Shown here piece after piece: positions 50,400 through 63,210 of a stretch of DNA of 64,000 nt. This DNA is from Dicyema japonicum (lineage: Eukaryota; Animalia; Dicyemida). Position 1 is the first letter of the stretch, and every line of letters begins with the position of its first letter. The notes below the pieces were generated by a model. The model searched no databases and was not told where the DNA came from. It saw nothing but the letters and a program-made list of their open reading frames with translations. Position numbers and translations under genes: made by a program. The DNA lies in the NCBI GenBank assembly GCA_011109175.1, contig RDEW01000028.1:463000-526999 (forward strand). The letters are read 5' to 3'.

Positions 50400-51010
50400 T
50401 AAGCTTGATGTTTTCCTATTTCCACAACCATGATGGAACGGGATGAGAAATTAGTAGTACTGCAGAACATAAGAAGTCACCAATCTCCCCAACTAGTGTC
50501 TGTTGATCTGAAAATCGAATGTGTGCCTAATGCTGTTGTGGGTTACAACCTTAGAAGCCTAGACTGATGTCAACAAACACGTAAACAGCGTCATCTCCTC
50601 TTCCAAACGAAAATCAAATTTTGTAAAAACGGTACTCGGATACTACAAAAGATGTTTCCACGCAACATTAAATCATCTTTAAACGCAATATGTACAACCA
50701 ACAATCGGCTACTGCTGTGGGGCATGGGGTTTTTCCACCTAAAGAAAATAAACTTTTTCCAAGAAATAGTAACGAGGGCCCTACAAAGGTTATCCTCGCC
50801 ACTAAAGTCAACCCCGTTCGAGGAACTTGTGAAGAGATGGGATCCCCGTTGAAACCTCAAAATTTCCGAAAAGTGATTCATCCATACAGGAAGTGTTTCA
50901 GCTCTCGGGAGGAACACTTAGAAAGGATGAGGTGGGTTCTTAAGGAGACCGGGATCACCTGACGGCCCCACTCTCTTTTATTTTGTCGGTGATTCTTGGT
51001 TTTAAATAAA
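50400..51010 (+). mobile_element. LINE 3' fragment (matching copy on the minus strand at 63250-63405)
   Basis: RVPNAVVGYNLR-like thumb region; aagtgattcatccatacaggaagtgt..gatcacctgacggccccactct shared between the two sites. Confidence 0.65.
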
Positions 51011-51899
51011 TAGACTGATCTCACTACATGGTATTCTTAGAAAAAGCAGGAAATCCTGTTAACAAACTTAATGTGTTTTATTTTCTGTTTTGGAATTCTT
51101 GGCGAAATGCGGCAGGGTTCCTAAAGGAAACACGTATGGTCTTTGCCGGGTGATATTGTCATAATTTTGTTAATGGTTCTTTTCATTGACTTTTCAGAAT
51201 AATTAAGTTAACAGCATGCTTGCAGGTAGCGGTCGGGTTCACATCGATATGAGTAAGAGGTTTGATTATTTTCACATCCGTATTGGTATTTTCTTTTGTA
51301 TTCTGTAGCTAGTCGCTAGGTCCTTTACACTCTTCATGTCAAAAGTGGAATTGATATTATATTCGTCCGCGGTGCTATGTAGCTAATTGGTTGAAGATTT
51401 CTGTTTGCCTTGTCTATGCTCCTCTTCTCTTTCCTTTTACAGTGGCGTCATGTGATCCACCTATCTCAGGTGGTACCCAGTGCCAGGCTTGCACAACAAA
51501 GGATCATTTGTTGTCTTCCTCTCTATTGAAGGGGTTTTCACAGCTGCAAGGAATGGACGTCTTTTACCTTTTGTGCTGGTTCCAGATGGACTTGTGTGAC
51601 GTTGGGGGACTCTGTTTCAGTAACAGTGGATACTGGATACACTTAATACTTGTTTGCTGTTAACTTTTTTTTCGATATATCCGGAATTAATGATAATCTG
51701 GAATTAATCTTAGTCTTGTATATAGTTTTTTACTTTTTTTGCCAAGTAGATAAAAGACTCTATAAGACAAAGTCATAAGGCATATGTGAGCACATCCTAT
51801 TGTATGTTCATTTTCTATACATTTTTATAATTGTTTTTCAAACAAAGAACGAAACAAGTCAAAGCAACCAAAATCAATTGTATAAAAAAATTAAAGACC

Positions 51900-54800
51900 A
51901 TACTAATCACGTGATCCAGCTGCAGCAGTGACTTCATCTTGGCCTGATGTTCCTTCCTTGAATCAACACTAGCACGTATGAGGCGTAGAGCCGGATGCTA
52001 GGAGTTACACGGTCACGACCCTCGGTTCTTGAGGATTTGGGATTCCAGAAGAGTTGAAAATGTTTCATTTCAAGAAGTTAACCGCTCCGTAACTTTGAAT
52101 GCCCTTTTTTGGCTAACCTGATCTTCAGAGCATTTATCCAGGGGATGAATGGATTCCACCAAGCGCAAGGGTAAAGAATGCATAACTTATGTACTGCTTG
52201 TAGATATTTTCTGGGAAATAGTGAGTTTGAATAGCCTCAAGAGAATGTATCTTCTTTTTGATTTTGTCTTCACATTTTCAACATGAAGTACAAAAATAAC
52301 CCCCCGTAGGATCTTAAAAAATCTTCTGAAGGTGATAATGACATTGTTTACCTTTAATTCGACAGTCCATCTTCCCAGTCTCATATCCGAGGTAAAAGGA
52401 GCTGTGACGGATTTTTCATGACTAGTCGTCATGCAGTTCTTCAATAACGAATCAATGAGACGTTCCAGATTTTGTCAAAATCTTAATTTGGCAGTCTAAA
52501 TATCCCTATCGTGTGAAACTTGGACGATATTATGAGCATAGGTAAGAAGTAGATTATTTCCTGTTTCAGGCGTAGGGAAATCGGCCGGAAATATGTTGAA
52601 AATGTGATTTGGAATGGAGATCCTTGAGGGAACATCAATATAGATTAGCCAGCCAACGTTTAAGCTTTCCAAGAATTTGGCAATGATTCGAAAATTTTGT
52701 ATATGTAGATAAAGCACAGTCTTCAAATGTCCATCCATGTGCGAAAATGCGTAGCATATGAAGTTGGCAAAGAACGTCAAGTGGGTCGAAGTCGATCTTT
52801 TATACTACAATCCACATTGAAATGTCATATTTGAGAGAAAATCTTTGATTTTCCGAAGTATCAGCCTCTCCAGGATTTTGAACTTCTAACAGAGTAGCGA
52901 GACCAACATATGAAATCGGATCCTCTTTCATTTTCCTTGTTTCATAATCGGACGGAGGTGCGCAAGTTTCCACATTTTTGGGATAGCGTTTTTATTGATT
53001 GAGTGATTATAAACCTTCGTCAAACCAGCAATTAGAAGATCAAGAAAATCATTGGGATCAAATCGCGTGGAGATTTGTTGTTGTTGTTGTCGTCGTTAAT
53101 ATATACAGTTCTCTCTCCTATTATCTATTCATGTCTGTTTTTTATGATGTACTACACGAAGACACCTCATGCAAAGGGTGCAGAGTATCCAATTCTCGCA
53201 AGTGCGGGATTCGATGTTCTGTATGTGTTGGTTACTACCACATAGGTTGTGAAAAACTATCCAAGAAAATTGCTCGATCACTTCCCTCGTGGTCGTGCCG
53301 GTCGTGCCGTCTGGAACTCACTAAAATTGAACCTCGTGATCATTTTGTGTCATCATCATCTGTATCAGATCTTCTGGAAGCCATGTCTCCGGAGGATTTT
53401 CTGGTTTTATTATCAAACACGCGACAGAGGAAGATTATCCCTGTCAGGATCCCCAAGGCTTCCCGGATCTCAATTGCTTCTGCCCTTTCTTCTTGCATTG
53501 AGAAAGCTGTGTCCAATGGCTCGAAAAAGGATTGGATGGTTCTTTTCTCTTTCCCTGTCCTGGCTATGGGGTTAGAGCGTAAGCCTGCCCCATCTTCTCG
53601 GAAACCCTCTCTATCCCATGTCCTGAAGAAACGCGTGAGTGCCTTTATGGATTCATGGGAGTCCCTGGCTGAAGAATTATTTGTTTCACCAGTTGATTAC
53701 TTCCCAAAGTCCAATTCCACACAATCCAGTATGGCTCCTGAGAGGCTTCGCTCTCGTGTCAGGAGGAAATTGATGGAGGGCGATCTTACTGCTGCAGTTC
53801 GAACTGTTTGTACGGATTCTGACCCTGTGAAAGCCACTCAGGAGACACTCTGTATATTGGGACAGAAACATCCTCCTGAACCAGAAGACTTTTGTAAACC
53901 TGTTCGTCCAGAACAATCTATGCATGATATTTCCACTTCAGCCATTTACAACGCTCTTTGTTCTTTCCGAAGAAGTAGCAGTGGAGGAGTTGACGGTCTC
54001 AAACCTGGCCATCTGTCAGACTTGGTGTCCCATTCTGTCGGTAGGCCTGGATCGCTACTCTTGGAGCGAACCCGGGATCTCGTAGCTCGCATGCTTTCCG
54101 GAAACGTTTCCGATTTTGGTCGGAATCTCCTCTTTTCGGCGAATCTAACGGGCCTTGGAAAGAAAGATGGTGGTATTCGCCCCATTGCAATTGGAAACGT
54201 ATTTCGACGTTTATCCGCAAAAATGGCTTGTCGTTTTGTTATCTCCCGAATTTCAGCCGAATTTTGTCCTTCGCAGCTTGGTGTCGGAATCAATGGCGGC
54301 TGTGAAGCTGGGATCCACGCAGTGAGAGAATTTGCGTCACAATCAGCTGAATTGAATGTTGAGGACAGAGTTTTATTCAAATTGGACCTCCGGAATGCCT
54401 TCAATTCAGTCAGAAGGGACACCGTCCTTGATACCTGTAGGAGGAGGATTCCTCAGATTTATCCCTTTGTATATCTCGCGTATTCGGATCCATCCCCTCT
54501 TGTTTTTGGCAGTGGAATTATTTCGTCCGGATCCGGAGTTCAACAGGGGGACCCACTCGGTCCTCTTCTATTTTCCTTGTCTATCGACCATATTGCCCAG
54601 GACCGTTGCACTCCACTGAACGTCTGGTATCTGGACGATTGTATTCTCGGTGGAAGTCCCGATGATATTCTCTCCAAAGTTGCGTCGATCAGAAGTTTGT
54701 GTGGAAAAATCGGTCTGGAATTTAACAATGAAAAGTGCGAAGCAATTAATCTGAATTTGAGTTCCGATTCATTCTACCTTTTTCATAGAAAACTCTGCGA

Positions 54801-56750
54801 AATCATCCCAGGGGTTAGGGAGACTCATATTGATTCTCTCGACTTCCTTGGGTGTGGGATTTTGGTAAACCGGGTGAGGGAGTTATTGGAAGGCAAGAGG
54901 ACTAATTTACGTCAATATGCCGACAGGATGAGTTTTTTGGAGTCATGTCGCCTTTTTTATGCTGAAGAATTGTCTCCTTCTCCCAAAACTCCTTTTTATT
55001 CTACGGGGATCCCCATGCTACGCCGAAAAAGACCTTCTATCGTTAATTGATATGGATATCCGGTCAACGATGGGGTCCATTCTTAATGTTTGTTTTGATG
55101 ATTTCGGATGGTTACAGGCCTCACTCCCTGTAGCCTGCGGTGGTTTGGGTCTTTCTCTTCCTTCGGACGTTGCTTTGGGCGCCTATTTATCTTCGTTCGG
55201 CTCGTCAAGGCGTTTAGTGGATACGGTCCTTCACTCTACTTCCGGACTAAACGTACCGCTGACGCCGTCGGGAGCCTGGGATGAATGGATGAATTTGTAC
55301 CTGAATGCTCCGGCAATTGTGATAAGCAAAAGTCCTATTTGTTTTGTGTCTTCGAAAAGAAGAAAGAGTCCCTTGAAAAGACGGAAGATGTAAGAAGGCT
55401 TGCCTGCCTCAAAACAGCCAGTTGTCACTCGACGGGGGCCTGGATGAACGCTTTTCCATCTGCCGAAATTGGAAACCTGTTGGATGATGAGGCTGTGAGA
55501 ATAGCTACCTCGCTTCGTCTTGGTCTTAAATTGTGTGCCGAAAGAAAATGCCGCTGTGGACGTTGGATCGATCCTTTTGGTTATCATCCCTTGTCATGCA
55601 AGATGAGTGCGGGTCGTTTCCCCAGGCACTCCTGCCTTAACATGACATTAAAGAATTCCCTTGCCTCTGCTGGACACCATTGCCTGTTAGAACCTGCTGG
55701 TCTTTCTCGAAACGATGGAAAACGCCCTGATGGGATGACGACTTTTCCATTCGCCAACGGACGAAACCTGATCTGGGACGCGACGTGTGTTGATACTTAT
55801 TCCCCGTCTAATTTGGTTGCTTCTGCTTCAGACCCAGGACATGCTTCGAAGCAGGCCGAGGAACGAAAGAGGAGGAAGTACCAGAGAATTTCGGAGGAGT
55901 ATATATTTGTTCCATTCGCGGTGGAAACGTCAGGAATCCTTGGCCCCCAAGCAGATGAGTTGGTTCGTAAGATCGGCTCCATGATTCAAGCTGTGACCAA
56001 GGATCCGCGAGAGACTGGTTGGTTCCGAGAACGTATCTCGTTGGCTATTGTTAGGGGAAATAGCATGGCCATTCAGATGCCTTAATTTAATTTTTATTCA
56101 TTTGATAATAAAATTTCTTTTTATTAAAAAAAAAAAAAAAAAAAATCATTTACATTGTTTTCAGTAAAGTAGGTTGATTATGGTTCCATTTCGGTTTATT
56201 GCGATATAACGGAGATATATCGACGTCTTGTGGGATATTCTTAATATTTTATCTGATTCCTTTCTTTTGACCTTAGATGACCTTTGTCAGTTCTTGAAAC
56301 GTTTCGAATAGTCTTCCAATTTTGTGTGTGCACATATCCTGGTAGAGAAGTAAACATAGTGATCATTTCGACTTCTGGACTTTGAACTGTAATTTGTATT
56401 TAAGTATTCAAATTCCGAGGACCGAGCTTATCTTCCGTAGTAGACCGCTTAGCCTTTTTCAATCGATTTCTTTTTTAATTATAATTATCCTGCCAAATCC
56501 ACAAGTGCAGCTTTTCTGTACTTTGCAGTTGAAGTGCCATGGAAACTTCCTAAAGGTTCTTTTTTGATCTTCAGAAGAATGAGATTAAGGTCACTTCTTG
56601 TGTGGTTAGTGACAGAACGATGTCGTTATTTCAGGGAAGAGAAAAAGCATAGAGTTATGTCCGGCAAAGTTAGTTGGTCGATCTCCTCTTATGGAGTTCT
56701 CGTGTTTTCTACAGATCATTCATGACCTTCAGGAGTAATAACAATAACTT
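51900..56750 (-). mobile_element. old LINE ORF2 relic that hosts the PHD-CRE insertion
   Basis: Rejoining the flanks across the TSD gives NNVNDFLDLLIAGLTKVYNHSINKNAIPKMWKLAHLRPIMKQGK, similar to ORF 33374-33760; LLLTYAHN is a decayed YADD box. Confidence 0.7.
53054..56145 (+). mobile_element. near-full-length CRE-clade non-LTR retrotransposon (single ORF: PHD finger, RT, CCHC, RLE; ATG 53131, stop 56085; two frameshifts)
   Basis: KKDGGIRPIAIG, QLGVG, KLDLRNAFNSV, GVQQGDPLGP, WYLDD, CRCG..H..SC, GKRPDG..WDATCVDT; polyA at 56126-56145; TSD aaaatcatt at 53045-53053 and 56142-56150. Confidence 0.95.
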
Positions 56751-57188
56751 CTCTCTTGTGTCTAAGAGTTTGTTGGCTTGCCAGTCATAGGGGGAGTTTA
56801 TCATTCATATCACATTATTAAAAAAAGAAAAATTAGATATGTAGGGCATGGCACAATTATTGAAGAAGTCAGGTGGGAGCACATAGATGCTTACTGAGGA
56901 GATTTTCCATTTGTTTTCTTTTTAAATTAAATTAAGTGATTTCGGTAACATCGCTCTTCATCTTCAAAGTAATATCATATATTTAAAGTCTTTTTGATAC
57001 AAAGTTATGAGACCTCCTCCAGTTTCTTCGTTCGATCAGACCGTAGAGATTGTATTAAGGAACAATACAGCACAAACATAAAATGACATAATGATGAAAC
57101 GATTACCAATTTATTAGTAAATTTAATAATAAGTTAAATAATAAATTATATAAAATTATTGTAAATTAAATTAATGAGTAGATTCGTT

Positions 57189-58094
57189 ATGGCGTTCGAT
57201 AATTCGTCGTGAGTTTTTTATCTTATTTCTTGTAGACTACAAAATGTTATGAGTATTTTGAGATCGAATAGGCACGAACAGAGACGAGTACGAGGAATCC
57301 CTCAGCGCTCTATGCCAACAACATCTCAACTACCGAGAAATGTTGACGTAAACTGCGATGAGTGGATTAAAGATATCAAAAAGGAAAGCTCAAATGATCA
57401 ATGCAATAAATTTATCTTAAATTTTTTGGCTCAAAGTTTCTTATCTGACTAATTTTAGATTGTCTCAACGAAATTCACCAGGCCTTCTCCAAGGATGCCA
57501 ATATTGCCACGGATGATGGCGAAATTAAAGCAATTATGCTTAAAATTGGAAAATTAGGGATTCTGTCCAACAAGGGGACATTTCAGATGCTCGAAGAGAT
57601 GCTATAAGATATTTTCCCAGCCTGCTTCACCACGACAGTCACTTTATGCATCTTTTTATGGTTTCTCCTTGGAATTATTACAGATTCAAGAATTGGTTGA
57701 GATTGCCAAGAAAGGGGACATAAATGAGACGATTGAGTACACCCATAAGTATTTGTCCCGTGGTTGTGAAATTGATTCTGGGCTCATGGAGATTATCAAA
57801 TCAGTTCTGATGCTGCTTTTGGTAAGTGAGCCTTCTAACGCTCCCGAAATGGGGGAGTTGGCAGATCTTGCAGATGTGGGGAAAAGGTCCTCTGTATTCT
57901 ACGTTGGTTATTTGTAGTTGATTAGCTACATGGTTGATCAGATTTTCGATTATTTTGTATTGGAAAGGAAAAATGAGCTGGTGGATGTGTTCACTAGCCT
58001 GAGCCATGTCCAGGACATCCTTACGGGAAAGAAGGTCAAATTCCCTTTACTAAAGGACGTATTCACTGCTGATATTGTGGTTCCTGAACGATAG
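57189..58094 (+). CDS. GID8: GID8/TWA1-like LisH-CTLH-CRA subunit of the CTLH E3 ligase
   Basis: NKFILNFLAQ..AFSKDA (LisH), KIRDSVQQGDI (CTLH), IQELVEIAKKG, KKVKFPLLKD; four GT-AG introns of 23-27 nt; unresolved frame change near 57530-57550. Confidence 0.75.
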
Positions 58095-59099
58095 ACTCCC
58101 TCTATTACTTATCCTATAATTTATTAATAAATTTTTGTTATTGATTTTTTACCCAATCGTTCGTCGATTGGGAGTTTTTCCTCTATCCTACAGTTGACTC
58201 CCAATAGATTGAAGGTTATTCTTTTTCGGGAGGCCAGTATTATGAAAAAGCAACTTTTTTTGAATTTTTATGAAGGAAAAAGTATTGCTGAAAATATGAC
58301 AAGTGACGACGTCATCAGTGATTGATTCACTGCGGAACCTGATCGTCTGAAAGTACTAGTTCAAAGTCAATTTTCAGGAAGGTCTCCATATGATCTGTAG
58401 GCATTGAGTACGTAATGGGAGTTACCCCTCATGATCGCGAACCCAATATTCTGGAAGTGCTATTATAAAAATAAATTTGTATGTCTCTACACATTACAGT
58501 TTGACCATTGTTTGACGAAAACCTCGCCCTTGGGAAATCTGATTTTGGGGCACGAATCTCTATAAATTTTCCTTCTTTAATATTTAATTACAAATTCAAA
58601 ACTTAAAAATAAAATTATTAAATATTTTATTTAATCTCAACAAAAATTTTTTAGGAAATGTCAGGAGTATTAAATTTTGTTATCTTTTAGAAACGTCTTA
58701 TCTGCTTTTATGATAAAAGTTGCGAAAAAGGAAATATCCAAGATCTGTATCAGATAAAGGTTCAGCATAAAATTTCATAAAATGTAAAAAAACTACTTTG
58801 TACTTTTCAAATATTTCAAGGTTCTTTCAAGTTTATTAAACATACAACTAATGTTTTCCGATTAAGCGGAAGACCAAGGACCACCCTACCGATGGTCCAG
58901 AACGGGAAACCACCGACAATTGATAAGCGTCTCAGAGAAGAAAAGAATTGGACTACGGGACGTCGTTTGGGACAGAAACAAGTGGAGGAAAATGGCGTTG
59001 TTAGTTTCTCAGGTTTCACATGCTTTGGCATAGAAATTATGTAATAATAACAATTTTCACAGCACCTGGGTATGGCCATCGTCCGTGGCAAAGCTCATT

Positions 59100-59930
59100 G
59101 TCTTTTGGCAGCTGGGACATGATTTGTTAGTAATATATACCGCGGAGCAGAAAGAACATGTCAAGTCTTGGGTAGACGAGGATGCGACTAGTACTCTTAA
59201 TAAATTGGTTTAAAATGTTCAGGAAAGGTATTCTATAATCGTTGGCCGGAGCACAATCGACAGATGTTCAACGGATTTCCATTATACGTTGTAAACGGGG
59301 ACTGATGTGCCTGAGAGGCGAAATAGAAGTGTAACTATCGAAAGTAGGTTTTACTATTCTCAAGCATTCAATAAATTTCTGTTAATTGTTGACGAGTGTC
59401 AATTTTTTTATCGATTAGATCGGACTTTCAGTATCCTTGAGATCGAGACGTGGAAGAGCTATTTCATGATCTTCTGCCTACATTCAGTAGGAGCCATAAG
59501 AACCAGAAATATGTCATTCATTGCATCAATGACTAAATATGGTATACTTAACCACCATATTAATAAAAGACCTGTTAACGGGGAGGATTTTAAGATTTTT
59601 CTGGAATTTTTAAAAATCTTTGTATTGAATTGAAGACCAGATGTTTATTTTTGAATATGTCCGTATTCATCACTATACGGGTATTGATGAAATAGAAAAC
59701 CTTCATGTTTTATATTTACCACCTTACTCACCATTTCTCAATCCAACTGAGAATATATTCAACACGTGTAAAAATTATGTTTCCAGAGGAAGGGCTGAAA
59801 ATAAGAAAAATTTATTGAGTCTAATTAAAAAGGATTCGAAAGTGTCACTCAAATGATTGTTCTGGGTTTTTGAGAAAAATGCTTCAGTATTTACCAAGAT
59901 GTTTATCTAAAGAAATTGTCATTGAATAAT
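59100..59930 (+). mobile_element. degraded Tc1/IS630-family transposase
   Basis: LLIVDEC, RIHH, LYLPPYSPFLNPTENIF; stops and frameshifts; TIRs not found. Confidence 0.85.
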
Positions 59931-60480
59931 TTCTTTACTTTTTTGTTTGTTACATAATTTTTTTTGTTTTTTTTTTTTTTTACCCTTAAAAATTTAGTGA
60001 CGCTATTAGCCGGGAAACCCTATATCAAAAAAAGGTTATTAATGTTAATGGATTAACGGTAATATTATCTTACACAAATAAGTATAATGTCCTGGATTTA
60101 TATATTAATAAAAATATTGAAAATAAAACTTCGACCTCTTTGAACTAAAGGACCTACAACGTTATCTCTAACTTCACATTGATCCACAGATTATATTTTA
60201 GCATTAATGCAAAAATCAAAATTTTGATCTTTTATAACCCGTAAAGTCTAACTTCATATTGATAGCCGTTCCTTTGAAGTCTCTAACCCAGTCTTAATAC
60301 GATGAAGATTATTTTTACTTCATTTTAAGCCCACGTTTAGAAAAATGCATTTTACCTAGAAATCGACACAATATCGATAACTGCAATCTTAAAAACTTGG
60401 TATGGGATGATTGGACAACATGAAGATATTCAAATCAAATTTTTAGGAAATTAATTCCAAAACCATTTCTTGGATAATTT

Positions 60481-60810
60481 TTTTTTTTTTTTTAATTAAA
60501 TTTTTTTTAACAATTAAACAAATATCAGTTGAGGAAGCCTGCTGCGTGGATTGCGAACGAGTTCCCTCGGAGTATGGCTATTCCAATCTTTTGTCTTAGC
60601 CATAACCCTTCTCGTTGATCCCTTTTCTTTCTGGCAAGCAATCCTCCGAGTTCTTGCAAGAATTCAGCCGTCATTGGACCAACGGCTCCCGATGATTCGG
60701 TCGCAACAGGAGTAAATCGGTAGCGATCCCCGAGGCAAGAATATTTCTTGATTTTTAGGTTTTCCGCAGTCGAAGCAGCTGCTCCAGGTGTCTGAACAGA
60801 TTTAAAAATG
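60481..60810 (-). mobile_element. 5'-truncated CRE subfamily D copy with polyA and 14-bp TSD
   Basis: ttcttggataattt at 60467-60480 and 60811-60824; body near-identical to 25490-25800. Confidence 0.92.
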
Positions 60811-61659
60811 TTCTTGGATAATTTAATTTACGAGCTCTATTATTTGTGCAATGAAAAAATTGTCAATAATTTATCGCCCCTCATAATAACTTAAGTAATG
60901 TTAGAGTTAATTAGTAATTTTTATTAAAACATTTTTAATGTGACCCTTACGTTAGCGACGGTTTACCAGATACTCCATATTTTGGATTTTTATTAAAAGC
61001 TACTCTAAATCCCCGATATTTGCCTCATATGGTCATGTAGCCATCAGTTACTCAAGACAATATATTTTCGAATGGTATTGTATTTAAATTTGGTAAAATT
61101 GAAAATCCCGTCGATTTTTAAAATTTAAAAAAATTACAATTCCTCATTCAAATTGCAGTGGAAATATCTTTAAAATGTCAATTACACCTCACATATGAGA
61201 TTAAAATTGATTATTAAATAAAACTAATTTATCAAGTTTTTTTTCTTTACATTATTATTTAAATGAGAAAACAAGTAAATTCTTTTTAGTTAAGATGCCT
61301 TTTTTGTCATTAATAAATATTTTTTATTTAAAAATTTTTTAAAAATTATTTTTTTAATGTGCAAGCTAAGTGGCGCAATGTGGTGTTATGTGGCTAATTG
61401 ATAAAAAATTTATCTTTCTTCCCTCTGATAACGACACCCAATTCCTGCCGGCATTCATTCCACCGGGGGACAATTTCGTTCCCTAGCAACGAGTTTCGGA
61501 ATCGACCGGAAAACGTCCTCTGGATCACTTTTCTTGGTAAGGGTTCTATTAGAACACATCAGGATCAAATAATTAATTAGTTTGCCCTTATTTATTATTT
61601 ATTTATTTAATAAATTAGTTTGCCCTTGGTTTTTGGAATAATTTTATTTATTTTAATTA

Positions 61660-63210
61660 ATTTAAGAAATTTATTTATAACAATAAAATCGTTCTAAAGT
61701 CCAGCGGATATGATCGAGTGGCTGTTACCTCTGACTACTGCCAGGGATATCCTTTGGAAAAGCCACTCGGTTTCCCGACGCTCCCTCGAGGCTTTGGTCA
61801 ATAGACACCCAAGTGCTCTAAGGAAAGAGACCGTCTTGGGGCCAAAGACTCCGCTCGTCTCGACGACCACTGGCTGTACATGAAAACGGTTTAGGAGGCT
61901 GCTGTATTTTTTTATTTTTGAGTTTTCATATAAACGGGCGGCCTCTCCCGCTTTCATTGCCGACCTCAAAAAGTTTCGACTGGGAAAAGCTGTCAGTACA
62001 GGCAGCATCCCAAATTAAGCATTTGCCCCGAGAGAAGGGGAAGACAGTAATTCCATCGGGTCGCTTCCCATCATCCCTACTCAAGCCCGTTGGCTCTAGA
62101 ATGGATGGGTATCCCGCCAACTCGAGGGCGCGCTTCACCACTTCATTTATAGCCTTGTGTCTAGCGAATCGACCTGCGCTTTTTCGACAAGAAAGGGCAT
62201 GATGTCCATAGCAGTCGACCTTCCGGCCGCATCGGCACTCATGGGTTGACAACTTTCAATCCAAGTCTGATGGAGACTCCGGTGCGGACCGTTTCATCGT
62301 CTAGGTGAGTTCCCACGTTTCCAATGGGTAGGGCATTGATCCAAGCCCCGCTCCACTCGCATCTTGCAGTTAAAAGACAGGCTCGTCGGTGTTGGTTAGA
62401 TATTTTCAAAAGCCTCTCGTATTTTATCCTCGCAAACAGACTCATAAAGGTCTCTCTGCCCGAGTTGTTTGACTTTAGGGTGTACCAAATCTTCGATCTT
62501 TGACGACTCTGATGGGAGCTGGAGAATCATCATATCAAATTCTGATTGGAGTCCAATGAGGATTGATATGCCGGGTGTGCCAAATCAGATGGTGAGAGAA
62601 TTCCGAGTCCACCAAAGCGAACGGGCAAGGTTGCTTGTTCCCATCCTTGTTCGTCGAATTCGACATTAGTAATACGTTCGGTCGTAGACCGGAATAGGGA
62701 GTCAATCGCCCCGAGTTGTTGCATTTTCAGGTAACATGGAGCCCCTCGAAGGACGTAATTTAATTTCTGCGTGGATAAAGCGTTTTTCATGAGAAAAGAG
62801 AGGTATGTGCATCCAGCATCCCAAGGCGTAAAAAAGTTTTTCTTAGTTTCTGTTCTTTAGCCAACAGAGTGTCGTTAATTCCAGTTTCAGCCAGAGGGCA
62901 TCCAAGTATTTCCAAATGATCCGGCTTGATTTCCGATATTTTAGGAATAATCCCCCGAAACATTAATAGGATCCGATTCCATTCATATCGGGAGAATCCA
63001 TAATTAACAATTTCGCATTTGGCTGCGTTTAGCTTTAAACCAGCGTATCCAATTGTGTTTGTAATCTCTGTAGACAGTCATATACATTGTTAGGATGACC
63101 TCACAGGGTGCAATCATCCAAATACCACACGTTCAGCGGAGTAGTAAGGCATCTCATGACACGGTCGACACCGAGGCAGAACAATGCCGGTCCTAGTGGG
63201 TCTCCTTGTT
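61660..63210 (-). mobile_element. 5'-truncated CRE subfamily B copy
   Basis: QGDPLGPALF, WYLDD, LPVRFGGLG, AWINALP, CRCG..HALSC, DGKRPDG..WDAACTD, VVVETSG..WLFQRISLAVVRGN. Confidence 0.92.

Noticed and set aside
53075-53097. (GTT)n microsatellite as the CRE target site
   Set aside because: It lies inside the TSD-bounded element and is absent from the 3' flank
53054-53100. HDV-like ribozyme at the element 5' end
   Set aside because: Only a 6-bp hairpin (caaatc/gatttg) is visible, with no nested double pseudoknot
52999-53130. N-terminal extension of the 683-aa ORF (VVVVVVV run)
   Set aside because: Starts at a non-ATG codon outside the TSD; it is flank plus 5' UTR (GTT)n, and the likely start is ATG 53131
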